A stretch of 59,229 nucleotides of DNA, filler included, from Sphacelaria rigidula (GCA_964200075.2; 10 parts of 10 records of this genome joined end to end with filler, not necessarily neighbours in it); one strand, 5' to 3'; counted from the whole stretch's first letter, positions 1 to 14,302 are shown. Translations and numbers: made by a program. The notes: generated by a model not told the origin, from the letters alone.

Positions 1-107
1 TTTGGAACTAAAAACATGCGCAACGCGAATGTGGAAGGATGTCTGACACAGTTATGAGCCTCGTTTTTCGTGCAACCAAATACCCCCCCCCTATCGTAGG
101 ATGACTC
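1..107 (-). mobile_element. End of TIR element family B (terminus GAGTCATCCTACGATAGGGGGG), Sola2-like; truncated by the window start
   Basis: Reverse complement of 23515-~23621. The same TIR recurs at 17845-17873. Confidence 0.7.
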
Positions 108-108
108 C

Positions 109-300
109 AAAGGTGGGGAGAATGTCAGGGAGAGCGTCATCTCGTACGATTCAAGGGTGAGCAATATGTCGGAAAGAGTCGCACCATACATGTCACGAGT
201 TCAACACCCGTACTAACGAATCACTCGAATCATTCGTCTCACGTGTGGAAGACTTGGATATCTGAAGACTTGGCTCCCCGCCTACCGCCCCTCACTCACA
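109..300 (+). mobile_element. Possible polypurine tract plus a short 3' LTR (123-300)
   Basis: AAAGGTGGGGAGAA is immediately followed by TGTCAG...CTCACA (TG...CA, 5/6 terminal inverted match). No second copy in the window. Confidence 0.3.
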
Positions 301-390
301 AAAATTCATGTATACATGTGTGTTGGTTGTGTACCGAACTATTCTAGGTTCTTGATTTTGTTCTTGGTCGGTGCTTCTGCGGTACTCTTT

Positions 391-646
391 GAGCAGTCCT
401 ACGGTAGGAGCACATTCTTTGCCCAAAATCTTCGTCTGGTTCAGGGGCTCCTAACGATTCTCCGTGCACAAGAATATGGGTCAGGGCATCCTCGTTTGCA
501 GATTCATTCGGGATATCCCTAGCACATTGGAATAGTAATCCTGGCATACTCTCACATATTTCATAAGTGGTGTTTTGGATGAGATGAAGGGCTCCTAACG
601 ATTTAAAGCTTGAAAAATATTTGTGCACCCCTACATAGCATCACTC
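391..646. mobile_element. MITE family A (~255 bp, Sola2-like), full copy
   Basis: TIR GAGCAGTCCTACGGTAGG.../...CCCTACATAGCATCACTC; flanks CTTT/CTCT (imperfect 4-bp TSD). Homologous to 14056-14302 and 20260-20515. Confidence 0.85.
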
Positions 647-959
647 CTCTGGTGTGTGTTTACACCTACCTGCTCTACTGTACTCTATCCTTTGGGTTTC
701 ATCATTTCTGTTGTCTCCTTCACTGTTCTCTCTTTCCTCGTGTTTCTCTCTTTGTGTGTGTTCTTTCCTCTCGATGTATGCAAGTAACAGTTTGGTGCCT
801 CACTTCCGGAGGGTTTCCTGGATGAAAACTTTACACCCAAAGTCGTGAGGTCGACGTAGATGAGCAACAATTTGTTTGCAAGCCTTTTTGTTTTTTCCGA
901 TTGGGTATGCGTGTGGTTTTCGCCCAAGACCTTTTCCACCGAACCCATGTGACAGAGGC

Positions 960-1207
960 CGACCAATTCCAATTTTGTTTTTGTATTTGTATTCGTATTC
1001 GTATTCGTTTCGTTTTGTTTTGTTTTATTTTGTTTGTTCTTTTATTTTGTCTTTCTGTTTCTTAGTCTCCTCTGTTTGCCTGTTCTGCCTTTTTGTTTTT
1101 TCTTCCGCGAGCGTTTCCATTTTGTTTCATCTCGCGCACGTCTGTCATGTGACCACGGCTGGATCCCTGGGAGATATTTTAAAGTGAGGCAATCAGTCTA
1201 TCAACCA
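960..1207 (+). mobile_element. LINE 3' end (T-rich 3' UTR, GTGACCACGG motif, CAAT-like tail)
   Basis: ACGTCTGTCATGTGACCACGGCTGGATCCCTGGG matches the reverse complement of ~15446-15480, which ends in (CAAT)n. Confidence 0.6.
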
Positions 1208-1901
1208 CCACCTACTTTTTCGTGGAACGAATATGAAGTGTCATGGCTGTCCTCACTCATGGAATGCATTTCAAGCGCACAGTAACAAAAACATTTTTTT
1301 TCACAGCATGCCGTGTCGCCAGCGTTAACGACACCATCAAACGCGATGTGTGGTGCTTCTGTGTAGTTATGATTTATGTGTGGCTCTGGTGGAGGGTAGG
1401 GGTACTGGTCTACCATGCCCGTTTCAAGTTTTTTTTCAATCTGTTCTCTTCCATCGTTGTTCATTTCTTTTGTCTTTTACGGAGAATGATGATTGGGTGT
1501 TTTCTCAGTCGAAAATTGCACGCTGAAGAATCCGAGGGATCGAACAGGTTTTGTGGTTCATGAGCACTCCAACTCTCCCACGCACCACAGATCTATCACC
1601 TGCCATCAATTGATACGGCTATTCTTCTCCTCTTGCAGAAGGATTCGACTCTATGTCTCCCAGAAGATCCAAAATATCTCGCAGCTTACGCATGCGTATT
1701 TTTAGGGTGATGGCGCAAAGACCCATGTCGTGTCGTTTCGAGACGTGGTTTTGGCATGAAGTGCATGGATCCATCTTCAGGTAAACCGAAGACCTAAAGA
1801 CAACAATTTTAAGAAACACATGCTGGAAAGAGTTGTTCCGGATGAATCGATGGCAGGGACAGTGCTAGAAAGAGTCAGGCCGGCGAATCAATGGTGCTGA
1901 A

Positions 1902-2033
1902 GAGAGATGCTCCGGTACGGGTGCATAAATATTTCCTGACGTTAGAACTGTTAGGAGCCCTTCAACTCATCCACAATACGACTTATGAAATATGTGAGAG
2001 TACGCCGGGACTACTATTCCAATGTGCTAGGGA
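1902..2033. mobile_element. MITE family A, half copy
   Basis: GAGAGATGCTCCGGTACGGGTGCA TIR plus ~110 bp matching family A; ends abruptly at CTAGGGA. Confidence 0.8.
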
Positions 2034-2279
2034 GATGAAAACCTTAGAGTGGAACAGGCCGGTACTCCCCAGATTTCGAACAGATCGTTACTGCTCCCTG
2101 ACCACCCCGTGTGCATTACGTTAGAACCCCTTCCCGATCAAGCGTTGCCGTCTGTAGGGACAGAGACTTCGCCGACTCATGGACGTTCGCATCCTAGTCA
2201 TGAAGGCACCTCAATCGTGTTTTGGTCACCAAGCAAACAAAGTGTTACGTAAGACGACTCGTCTCCTAACTCGCCCACG

Positions 2280-5200
2280 TTGGCCTCTTTGATAGACGCC
2301 GGGTTGAACAGTACAGCTTCACCAACTCCGCGTCCTGACGCATCGTCTCCGAAACCTCCCATATTGGCCCTAACTAGTGATGGTATTGAGTTGATTGGCG
2401 TATCAAACTCAACACCGCGCCCCGATGAATCGTCCCCTGTTGCGACCAAGCTGGATAATATAATCGATCCCGCTTTACACAATGACGATTCGCCCCCTCT
2501 GTTGGCCAAGAAGGGTGAAACACCACGCACAGATCAGTTGTCGGGTCCAACCACGACAACTGCCCTTCCCCGGCACCGCCCCTCCGTTGCGGTATATGAT
2601 ATTCAACCCTCGACTGATGAGACAAATATTCCAGGCATTAACACTGACACCCCATGCACGCACCATCCTTCCGACCAAAAGCTTGTCCCGCAGGATCATC
2701 AACGGGTGTGTTTCAGCACCTTCGTCCAAAACGCAAAGCAGGATGTGTCAGATGTCTTGCCCGAATTCGGGCCCGATCTCGCCAGTGGTACTGTAACTCT
2801 GGATGATGCTTCTTTTACGACCAAAATAGGTTTACGTAGTGGAGCGCGTGCAAGCTGTCATTTGATAGCTCTTGCACTACCAGACTCTGGTTCACCTCAA
2901 ACGTTCATCACAGCCAGCTGCTGGCAACAGATGATCAACGCGGGCGCGGCGGACGAGCATTGTCTGTCCACCGTGCACCCCCGCGTTTTCGGTGGCTTTG
3001 GTGCCTCCACATGTCTTACGGTCAATACATCGGTGAGACTAACTGTACAATTCTACCACGATACTACTCCCACTGCTCGGTTGTCCGTATGGGCACTACT
3101 TGTGCCCGACGGTTCCATGTATTTTGATGTTTTGTTGGGTCGAGATAGTTGGCTTCGTTTTTCCACACATACGTATACGACGGACACACCTGTCCCGAGC
3201 CGTCCAGTAACAGGCAAACTGTCTCTGGGTCACTTCGACCCTGATTCGGGAGCTCATGCTTATGAGGATGACCCCACGAAAACAGGGAATGCTTTCCGTC
3301 TGTACTATGTTGGTGAACCGGTAATCTCGCTTTCTCGTGAACCTTAACTAATACAAGTGAACCTCGTGAGACGCAATGGATCGCCCGCCCTCACAGGACA
3401 TTATTTGGTCGAGTTGCTCGAACCTGACCAAGCACAGGTTGGTCCGTGTGGACAGACCGAAGTCTTTGTCCACGAAGGTAGGCAGGCCATTTACCTCACG
3501 TCCCCCGCATGTTTCGATATGCTCAACGATCCGTTGTTGGGTTATGCTCAAGCGCCTCTCATACGAACCGCCCTGTCAGATCTGTGCCCCCCGGCGAACA
3601 ACAACTTGCCGACCGACCCCCCAAGGCCCCCCCTCCGCTACACGTGCCTGACCCCATGGTGGTGACAAACCCACCAGATGCGCCTGATCCTCAACCCCCA
3701 ATCGCATTACTGAATACATTTTCTTCAGAACAACGCGCCAGTTTCCAAAAGTTGTCGGATGACATTCCCCCTCACTTACGGCATAATGTTTTTGATCTAT
3801 CTGGCGATGGTTGGACACCCACTGTAATCGATAGATTGAGATGCATCTTGATTAGATATTCTGAACGGTTTTCTACTGCACCCTTGGATTTAGGCCGATG
3901 TATCACGACACCGTTGAGAATCAAGATTTCTGATGGCACTCCGCCCATCGCTTTGCGTTCGTACCGTACGAACCCCCTCTTAGCAGATAAGATCCAGGAA
4001 ATTCTCGATGGTCACTTATCCGCCGGTTTAATTCGGCACTCGACGTCTCCGTGGGCCTCGCCTTTAGTAGTCGTCCGTAAGAAGAATGGAAAAATCAGAC
4101 TGACCGTCAATTATCAACGATTGAATGCTGTCACCAAAATCTCTCGTCTGCCACTTCCACGGATTGATGAAATTGTTGACTCTCTTGGCGGGGGTAAAGT
4201 ATTTTTGAACTCTGACATGCAGTCCGACTACCACCAGCTCGTGATGGATCCAAATTCCATTGAACTAACAGCGTTTTGCACGCCATCAGGTTTATACGAG
4301 GGGCGGGTTACACCACAAGGTGCCACCGGAGCTCCAGGTGCATTTCCACGTGTAATGTTCCGTGTAACTGATGGATTGCCCGAATGCTATATATACCTTG
4401 GTTTTGCGGTGTGCCACGACTTCACACCGGCCGAACACGTCGAACAGTTGGCATCATTCTTCAATCGGTTTGAATAACACAACTTGAAACTCGCACCCTC
4501 CAAATCCGGCATTGGCGCCACGAAGATTGATTCTTGGGTCATTGCATCACCCCCGAAGGTCGTAGCCCAAACCTCGACAAGGTCGCCGCACTCTCCGATA
4601 TGCCCATGCCACGGGACAGTTCTCAACTGCGTTCCTTCGTGGGAGGTCTAAGCTACTACATACAGTACTTGCCAAACCTTGCCCAAAAGCTCAAACCCCT
4701 CACCACCCTCCTCAAAAAAGGGGTGAAATTTGTGTTCACATTGGAAATAGAAAAAACCGCCCGCCGCCTCCTTGACACGCTTTCGCGCCCGCCACTTCTC
4801 GTCTTCCCCGACTGGTCGGCCGCGGAGCAGGGTTCCTGCCCTTTCCGGCTCCACACCGAATCTTCCAAACTTGGGTTTGGCTGCACATTAGAACAGGAGC
4901 AAGTCGATGCTACTGTTCGTCCCATTGTCTATCTGAGTCGCACCACTTTTCCGAATGAACAAAATTGGTCTGTCATGGAACTAGAGGCCGGCGCAGTTGT
5001 TTGGGGTGTGCGACGTCTGCGTCAGTATTTGTATGACATCCCGTTTTTGATTTATATCGATCACAAGTCTTTGGAAAGCCATGCCAAAATGGCGGAACAC
5101 AACGCTAGGGTCCAACGTTGGTTCGAAATCCTGTCGTCTTCCAACTTCCAACTGAAGTACCGCACAGGTCCCCAGAATGCAAACGCCGACTTTCTGTCAC

Positions 5201-5730
5201 GCTTGCCCACACCAGCTCAACCGATCGATGAATCCCTCATGGGACGTATCACCGATCCCACCGAAGGCATTGTATATTTCATAAGCAGGAATGGACATAG
5301 AGGTCTCTACACACCACTTCCACTGAGAGAAACGCCGGCCATAGGCATGGGTGGGCTGACGATCACAGCCCACGCATCAGTTCTAGGCAGCTTGCAACCT
5401 CAATCGTTGTACTCAGTTTGGAATGGACTATCTACGAATACTGTTGGCTATGATCCTATTCGTGCGACTGGCCAGCACATGGTTTTCGCAGCAGGTGTAG
5501 AACCGTCCTTTGCTGACTCCGTCTTACCAGTTCAAGTTCGAGATTTGATTTCGAGTAGGAATCGTGGACGGCGAACCGCCGAAACGGCCACCAAGTTAGC
5601 CGTATCTGGTCCTGACCTTCCCCTCCCTGCCCCCACCCCGGTCCCCGATAGTTTCCTTGCGCCCCCGCAGCCTCCGCGACGCAAGGTCCCCAAAAATCAA
5701 CCCCAACCGTACCGCCCCTTCCAACCATAG
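2280..5730 (+). pseudogene. Degenerate Ty3/gypsy pol: aspartic protease - reverse transcriptase - RNase H
   Basis: Protease LPDSGS...DVLLGRD. RT SPWASPLVVVRKKNGKIRLTVNYQRLN...PLPRIDEI...TAFCTPSGLYE, with catalytic YLDD decayed to YLGF. RNase H RPIVYLSR...ELEAGAVVW...DHKSL...YRTGPQNANADFLSRLP. In-frame stops at 3345 and 4475; frameshifts near 3630 and 4530. No integrase before the contig end. Confidence 0.95.
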
Positions 5731-6494
5731 CCGAAACCACGGCTGTGATCCCTTCCAGTGGTAACAGCCGATTTTAAATCTTGGGGTTCATACAAAATAT
5801 GGGGTTGAAGTGGCATATCTCTCTTGCACGAAAGNNNNNNNNNNNNNNNNNNNNNNNNNNNNNNNNNNNNNNNNNNNNTTAATTAATTAANNNNNNNNNN
5901 NNNNNNNNNNNNNNNNNNNNNNNNNNNNNNNNNNAATACATTTTTCCGGGTTTTAATTTTTGTCTATTATAGGAAGCGGCCTAAGTCACGAAGAAAAAAA
6001 AACATGGGGGAAAAGGTTTGGTATTTGCGGATACTTCCTGTACATCGTGTCAAAATTTCATCGAAAACGATCCAAAACAATTGAGCGAAGAATATGCGTT
6101 TCGACATTCATGGTGGGTTCTTGGGCGGCCCAGCTCGTAGATGACGAGTATTTACCGCGATCATGAAGAGATTTGAAGCGGAATGGCGTAATTTTCTTAC
6201 CCCCGACAGGGCCGCTTCACCAGCCGGGAGGGGGGTGTTTACGCGACTTCGCCGCAAGTTATCCAGTTTTAACTGACAACTAACTGTAACTGGTCGTAGT
6301 TTCAATTTTTTGCAACCAGTCAACTGGCTATCCAAACCGGTTCACAGCTCTAGTTGGGAGGGCCGTGCTTCGAAATACGGTTGGAGAATCGAGGATTTAA
6401 CAACGCATCAAGTTACAAGACATCCCAGTTTCTCTGTCTATGAGCTTCAGCGAATTGGATCCTATCTTTTGCCCTTGTGATTATCATGACTCCG

Positions 6495-6590
6495 TCACAC
6501 TGATAATATTTCTGCATACTAGCCTGATATCTCGGACCCGTCGTCACAGACGTGGGCTCGTCTACGCAATACCAACCCCACCACTCTTTT
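6495..6590 (-). mobile_element. LINE 3' end remnant
   Basis: Minus strand reads GAGCCCACGTCTGTGACGACGGGTCCGAGA, homologous to ~23190-23283. Confidence 0.45.
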
Positions 6591-7319
6591 TAAAAATCCT
6601 TAAATCCTCGCAAAAAACAAAAAATGTCGATGTCTTGCGATCGCTGTTTCGTTTATGCCCTTGCGATTCTCCACATGACCTTCTCTGCAAATTTAAAAGC
6701 ACAGCCCTCATCACTGAGCTGCTGTGTTGCCCGCGATGGTGAAGTATGTCCCTATTTTCTACGGTCGCCAAGGTCGTAATGCGCATCGGAGTCCGAGAGA
6801 TGTAGAGACAGTAGTACTGTGTGCTTCGCAGTTCAAGTTGGCGCGAGAGTAGTAAATGATAACGCAAAGAAGGAAATAGAAGACTCGCTCACGGGTGACT
6901 GTACGATCACTCCGGCCATGCCTGCAGGTGCGGCTGTCAGCTGCCGCCATGCATACCCTCACCAGCTTGCTACATTGCTGCTTGAAACGTACCGGCTCAG
7001 GTACCGATGGTTCGTGCGGTTTGCATCCGTCCGACTTGTGTGGAGCGAAACTCAAATGTAAACGCCATTAACCTACATCCTGTAACCAGGTTCAACCCGC
7101 GCACGATCGAACTACTCGGCCAATTGAGGAAACAATCGAACATGATACTTGCGCAAGTGCTCTCCGAAAAGGGCAGCGTGAAAAAAGAGAGACACCCAGG
7201 CCTGCTAAGCAACTCTCCTGTTGCACAATAATCGCCTTTGCCTCCTGGTCCACCATCAGGGAGTACTACTTAATGATCACAGCAAATACAGCAATACTGT
7301 GTAGACAAGACAGTCGTTC

Positions 7320-9560
7320 CAAGGCACGCTCATCGACTCCGGTACCACGTACGAAATAAAGGAGCTCCTCCTCCTAGAATGACGGCTTTCACGCATTCAC
7401 GACCCGAGCGCAACACCCTCCCGTGTGTGTAGTTTTCAAGACAAATTCTCTGGGGGGAAAATACGATGTCTACGTAGCCGAAACCGGAGTTATCGGAGAT
7501 ACACCATCTAGAAATGTCTATCGATTGCACCTTTCGGGAGTCCCAGTTCTCAGTTTCCAAGGACATCGCGGTTGAAAGCGACGTCACATAGGGGTGATGT
7601 ACACCATCATCTAAGGTTACGACGACATAACAAACCCCGCATTTTCCTATGCTTTCACGTACAAATGTAGGTACTGTTTGCCTCACCTATTCCACAAACT
7701 ATCCATTCTTCGCATGCATTCGATTCCCCGGACGCGAAACTTCATTGCCGTCCAGTGCTGCCCAGCTTTTCTCTTCTCCATGTTCAATAAGCTAGTGTCC
7801 TCGGTGTTTGAGTGTAGGAATGTTTCGACAATTTCACACCGTGTGCTTTGACCTCAGAGTACAACGTTTTTTTTTTTCTTACCTTTCATATCCGGTAAAA
7901 CATCGCCAATCCGGTTACTGTTATTTCAAAAGTACTGAGGTGCAGAGCTGAGAGAGAAAAGAGAGGCGCCATTTTCAATCGTCGGCTGTATCAATTGTTT
8001 TATAGGACAAGCTTGACAGATCTAGAGGGTGGGGATTGACGTTGGCCCCACCGCCCCTCGACCTCACGGCATCGATCTTTTTGCACCGTCGTCGCATCGG
8101 CCTTTTTCTATCTACCACGGCAGTGTCCTCGCCTTTTCAACACCCCTCTCCGAAGTTGACACTCGCGGCCATCTGCAGGAGACGGAGGACCTGAGCAACA
8201 TCCAAGACAACGAGAACACCCGCAGCTCTAGATACACCGGCAAGCATCAGGGGGTGCCCCCACTCGCCCCCCCCCCCTACGCCCCTCTGTGTTTAGCATT
8301 CATTGCTGTACGGACGTTACTCTTTTGTGCTGACTGCACACGTCGTCCTCGTGACTGTCACATTCAGATACCGTTTCAGTGCTGCAGCTGTGGGTTATCT
8401 AGCTACAACAGTGTACTATAGTACCACAGTACAACAGTTTAGTGCACTGTCAGCAGTTTTCGTCCAAGGAGCGAAAAAGGTGGGACACGCAGGCCTAAAA
8501 AGACGGAGAGAAAGTCAATCACGGAACGCGTGGAAGGATATAGCGATGCTCCCCAGGTACAAGCAACCTGCAAGGCCTCCAGAGCGATGGCAAGCAAACC
8601 CTAGGTGAGCGACGGATGCATCATGATGAGGTTGCTCGGGGCAGGGACGTATTTGGATCACTACAATTCAGTCTGCTTCGTCCCATCTCTGGACTGGTAC
8701 GATTTGATGAAGTTGATGTGATGTGACTTTTCGGACCTGTTATTTCTCCCGCTTGGCTTTTCACAAAATGTATATGTCTGTCGATGTACGCATCTCGTTC
8801 AAGTCCTTTCCAGCCACCTATCTTTCGTGGCAAGCAGCAGCATCTGGCTCCTTGCGGCGGGAACGGGGGTGGGAAAGTAGGGGATAGGCGGGGGGGGGGG
8901 GATCGCCCTTGAATCAACATCCCTACTTCCCCTTCCTCCCCCCCTCCCTGTTGGGAGTTCTTCAAAATGATTTCACCGTGAAAACAAATGTTTTCTCTGA
9001 GGAGGCCCTGTCGCTCTTTCTGTTTCATAAGGTTTTTCCCTCGCAGAAGGCTCCTGTTCTTGGAGTACACCCCGTTGTACTGGTATGGTACTTTTTTTTT
9101 TCGCACGTGAAGGTTTAGCCGTGGTCGTTTTCGCCTATTTTCAGTCCCTTCAACGACGACAGGTCTTGCATCTCTCATATTTTCAGTTCTGCGCCAACCA
9201 CTCTGTCTCCAGCATGAGCTGTTAGCGTTCCGCTGCAACTCCACAACTAGTAGGGATCGTGCTCATCGGATGCGTGGGCGCTCGTCGACTTTTGTAGGGT
9301 TGATTTTATTTTTCGGGGTATGCGATCAGTTCTAGGCCCAATCCGTCTCCATTTTATTGAATGTAGTTGTTCATATTCCCAATTTCCGGCTCTTCCAATT
9401 GTACAGTGCATACATGGCACATTGCCACAACACGCAGTACCAAGTCCTTTCCTCCACCTATGATGTGACCAAGGAAATGGGCATGGCCTCTGCAACCCTA
9501 GGTCTCCTCATCCCTTTTCTCATGTCCTCTCGAAGAGACTGCACGGAACTCTCGCCGAGG
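7320..9560 (-). pseudogene. Very old, fragmented gypsy-like pol remnant
   Basis: Minus-strand short motifs in gypsy order: HFLGHII (~9470), KYVPAPSN..DA (~8640), YVVPESM (~7340). Many stops; each motif is short. Confidence 0.3.
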
Positions 9561-10457
9561 GAGGGAGGACAAGAGAGATGGAGAGAGCATCAATTTCATT
9601 CCGTTGAGCGATGAGGGCGGGGGTGCGGGGGGGAGTCGATTTCAATGAACTGATTATTGATCGATAAGCATCGCTGGTTCGGTTGTCCTGAAAGCCTTGT
9701 ATACTCTCCTGACGCATCTTCCCTGGTCCAGCGAGCGAGCGAGTGTGTTCTCGTGACTACATGCAAAACTTCGAGTAGCAACGTAGCACGTTACTCTTCA
9801 TAGTTACAGGTAGTATGATTACGTGTATACCCTTCAAGTAGCAGTTCAGGTATGTCGATGGAGGTCCGGTCGCTTCTGTGCTGCTCACTCCCATATCGAG
9901 GTATGGAATAACTTAACTAGATCCAAGTGAAAACGAAGCAATCTCGAAATTTTCCAACTGCACCTGTGATTTCGTACCGAGTTCGTACCGGCCGGCCTAT
10001 TCCGTTCGTACTACTGTCTGTACCCGGCCGACTACTGTTGTATGATTGCTCAATAAATGTCTCACTCATATAAAGGGCGCCCTGTCTAGGAGTGGTGGCA
10101 TCTACGGCGCAGGAGATGAAGCGGTACCCTCTATTGCACCCTAGTCGATGTGTGTGCAGCAGCTGTCGCTGCTCATGTGTACGCGCAGGTAATCTGTAAG
10201 GTGCAACTCCCAATTGCTCATATTGACCTCTACGTGCAACTCGCACCTCACTTATTGCATAGACCCTGCTATACATTCAACCAATACCCGCCAGCAGGAA
10301 CACTCCTGCAGAGCACGGTCAAGGAACACCTGACCGCAGGGTAGGCCACTCAGAACACGATGTCTGTGACCTCAACCACCGTGCCATTTTTCTCTCCCCT
10401 TTTTCCTGTGATCGGTGTGTCGTGGAGATTTTATCTTGGAATAGTCCAAAGTGAGAT

Positions 10458-10513
10458 AATCAATCAATCGATCAATCAATCAATCAATCGATCAATCAAT
10501 CAATCAATCAATC
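10458..10513 (+). repeat. (CAAT)n microsatellite, probable LINE tail
   Basis: Follows AAAGTGAGAT, as in the other LINE 3' ends in this window. Confidence 0.7.
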
Positions 10514-11868
10514 CACAGACATCTTCGTGAGGCGTGTGGGGTACGTACCCACCCCAACCGCCGACCGTCGTGCGTCACGAAAGTACGTTTTTACAACCAA
10601 TTACACCGTGTAATGGTTGGTATTTTCATGTTTTTTATTTTTATTTATCACGATGGATGATGCGGAGAGAGGGGCAGGCGTCAAAGCAGTTTCCATAACG
10701 CACACACCACGCCCTACCCTGCAGCAGTGCTCATTGGCTGTTCGTGATTCGCGAACACATTTTGTTTATTTTACTTAGCTCCTTTTTGAATATCTTCTGT
10801 CTGGCAGGGCTGCCTACCAAGCCCCTGCCGCCCTTTTCTCATTTTCTTCGCACCTGTCTCTCGGGCGAGGAGCACCCACACCTCCCTATCCCCCCGACGG
10901 TTCATTCATGTTACAAAGATCCGCTTTATCTCTTTGACATTTATGTCGTAGCGACGGCAGATGTACCGAGTGCATGTAGTTTCTTTGTCCAAAAACTCAT
11001 GGTTGAGCTATCCAGACAATCCTGGGTTGATCGAACCGTAGCAGTAACCTGAACTATAACCCAATGGGTATCAACAGACGTTACCAACTGGTCGGAAACA
11101 ATGGTTGAAATTTGAACATACTCGTTTTAGTCATAGTCAGGGCGATGGATGAAACCACCAACAGATACAGGTGAGCAGTGGTGAGCAGTAGACCCAGCTT
11201 GTCCAGAACGTGTTTTGTTCCAAAATCGGCTGAAAGGCATCTATTTGAGCTCTGGAAACACACACTGTTCCTAAGGAGCACTTTGCGCCCCCCTCGCCCG
11301 AGTGTTCTCGGTATGTCTTCGTCGTGGTGAGGGTTAAGGTTAGCGTTCGAGGTATGTAGGAGGCACCTCATTATTCGCGTCAACCATTTTTTCCGACCAG
11401 TTGGTTAAGAGGCCTCATGGATATCAAGAACTTCCGTGACTCTGGACTGAAGCGCTTGCTGAGTACGTCGGCGCCGACCGCTAGTGACTGCCAATCTCAC
11501 CAATGACCCAAACCCCATCGAGAACGCCGAAACCCTGGGCTTTTTATGACAAATTAGTGTATACATCGCTGGTGGGAGCAGAAGGGCACATATGGTTGTC
11601 GAAATCGAAGAGCGCCCTTCGTGGGTGACGGCCATTGTTGCTGACACACGCCTAGATAACTAAGTCGCAGTCTGCCTCCAGGGCATTGCTCTCCGTACAG
11701 TCTCCTCTATTCGTTTTACCTCGGAGAGGTTATTATCCGGAGCCGTTACGAGCTGGGCCAGCCCAGAANNNNNNNNNNNNNNNNNNNNNNNNNNNNNNNN
11801 NNNNNNNNNNNNTTAATTAATTAANNNNNNNNNNNNNNNNNNNNNNNNNNNNNNNNNNNNNNNNNNNN

Positions 11869-11968
11869 CCTCAAAACCCACCCCCCCGAGCTCTGGAAAC
11901 CCCGGGATGTCTCGGAACTGTCAGTCTGTACAACTGTTCCGAGGCGACGCTCGTCGTCTAAGGGTTAA
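11869..11968 (-). mobile_element. piggyBac-like element terminus ending ...GTCTAAGGG-TTAA
   Basis: 11869-11964 is an exact 96-bp reverse complement of 17052-17147, followed by the TTAA target site. Confidence 0.8.
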
Positions 11969-14055
11969 CAGAACCTGCTGTCAGAGCTGAACCACTTCCA
12001 CAGGATACTGGCGCATAGACCCGCTCGTCCAACGAAGTACATTTTGAACCCACCCACGGACAACGAAGCCGGCATGGGATATATCACTCGGAAAGCGACG
12101 ATTGCCTGCGGCTAACCTGACACAACGCATGAAGGTATATGTACATGTATCATTTCACATTTTTCACCACTTTTGCCGAGTGTTCTTTGGTTGCAAGGCA
12201 TCTCAGCCTACGCTTTCTTTTGCAGTGCACGAAGGAGGGTCAGCGATACATTACAGTTCAGGTTTGGGTGTCATCTGATACCTGTGGCGCGTGTTCTTGC
12301 CATCGAAAATCGCCCACACTGGCTCTTTTTGGCGGGGTGTCGATTCCGAACCACAAAAGCCTTTCCAAGATCGTTGAAAACACGGGTCGAGTGATCTGAG
12401 ATCCCTTATCATTTAGTTTTGACGTGAAGCCTCTAACACGGTCATATCTGCGTAATATGTGCCCCAATTATGCGAACGTAACAATCCACAAAAAAGGCAT
12501 CGTGAAGGAACACTGAAGAATGTGTAGATTGGAACAAGAGGAAGGGGTCACAGTCACAGCTGCAGCAGGGGAAGTCGCTGATGGCCCGGTGTGCATTGAT
12601 ACGGTGGATACCCACTGTGCGTGGCATGTTGTTTTTTCAACACCCTGCTGTCTGATAACGGCTAGATAGAGTGGGTACAATGATAGTTGACCACGCAGGC
12701 TGCGACGGATCCTGCCGGCCTTATCATCAATCTTCGCCTAGTTATGGACGAACGCTCGAAGAAACCCAGCAAATGAGCATCGTTTATGGTCCGCTATATA
12801 TGTGACGGTTGGGAGCTGAACATTTCCGGTTCGGAAATCTCAACAGTCGAAGATTGAGCTCCTGTCGCGCGACCAGTGGGTAGTGCTGCGGACCCTTGCC
12901 GGCGTACCTGGCACTCGGGGCGACATCCCGGTACAGACAGTCCCATCACTACCGGGACGGCCGTGCACAGGCCGGCAGCCGGAATGGCCGTTGCACTGGT
13001 GTCCTTCTAGCGTTAACAACTCAAAGTACGGCCGCATAGGCTTTGCACGCGAATATTTCGGTGATTGCCTCACTTCCACTTCGGCCATGTGCTGTGGATT
13101 ATTTAATTATTTCACGATCTCACCGCCTGATATGTATGGAAACGTATTACACCCTAGACAAGAGCGTTCTACAGTCAGTATACAATTAAAAAAATGTACT
13201 GTGCACAGTATAGAAGCTATTGCCTTCTGCGACGTGCAGAATACTCGTACAAAAGCGGGAACTGCGCGCAGTATGACTTCAAGACAGTGTAGAGATCTCC
13301 ACGCGGTATGAATTGTTACAGCCGGCTTGCGCGCCATAGCGGCTGTGTTACCATCCGCTCGAGATACAGGCAGGAATTATAGCGGCAGAGGCGGCCTATT
13401 ACTCTTGCGTACGCCAGCTAGGGCAAATGCACACTTGGCTGCAACACCGACCGCTGTACTAGATGTGGCAGAGCGAGGGGTTGTACACCACGTACACACA
13501 GACAGCAAGCAGTACCATACATTTATACTGTACTGTATACAAGTGTGGTTTGAAATCCGTGCGCGCGGGGTCGGGCCGGCATGTAGAGAACCCTGCACAA
13601 GTTCGCCGTGTACTACCGGGACGCGACCTTATTTCAGTGGCAATCACTTGCGATGTGTGGTGTGACGGGTCTCGTGCGTGATGGCGTGTTTTTTCCACCT
13701 CCACACACCGCCCGTGAAGCGAGCTCTTCATGCTGGGAGTGTCCACCGCTTTTCCCGCCACTCTTGGTCTGAGACATTCGAAACTGCGAAATGTGACAGT
13801 ACGAGTATCTACTGGAAGGTACATATTCTCCGACACAGTTGCCTCCATAATAAGAAAAAGGAATAAGACTGGTGTATTTGCGACTTGCGTCATCCCCGGG
13901 AGGCCAGTACCAACCTCCCGAAGGGGATTCTTGTACGTACTGTCAAATCAAAATTAAACCTTGGTGTTTGATCAACATCATCCATGCCGAAAATGAAATT
14001 GCGTCGTCCGGGAGAGTGTTGCGAGGGAGTATGGACCGAAGCAGTACGGTGAGCG

Positions 14056-14302
14056 GACCCATGCTACGATAGGGGTGCACTTTTTGCGCAAAATCTTGTC
14101 TGGTTCAGGGGCTCCTAACGATTTTACCTGCACAAGAGTATGGGTCAGGGCATCCCGTTTGCAAATTCATTCGGGATACTCCTAGCATAGCACATTGGAA
14201 GGGTAAAACTCGCGTACTCTCTCATGTATCATGAGTCGTGTTTTGAAGGAGATAAAGGGCTCTAACAGAAAATATTTGTGCACCCATACCGTAGCATCAC
14301 TC
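14056..14302. mobile_element. MITE family A, full copy
   Basis: TIRs ATGCTACGATAGGGGTGCAC / GTGCACCCATACCGTAGCATCACTC; flanks AGCG/AGCA. Confidence 0.85.

Noticed and set aside
344..628. Similar short ORFs at 344-628 and 1891-2124 as a gene family
   Set aside because: The similarity comes from shared non-coding MITE A sequence.
5879..5890. TTAATTAATTAA as a biological motif or piggyBac site
   Set aside because: It is always centred in 100-nt N spacers: an assembly linker.
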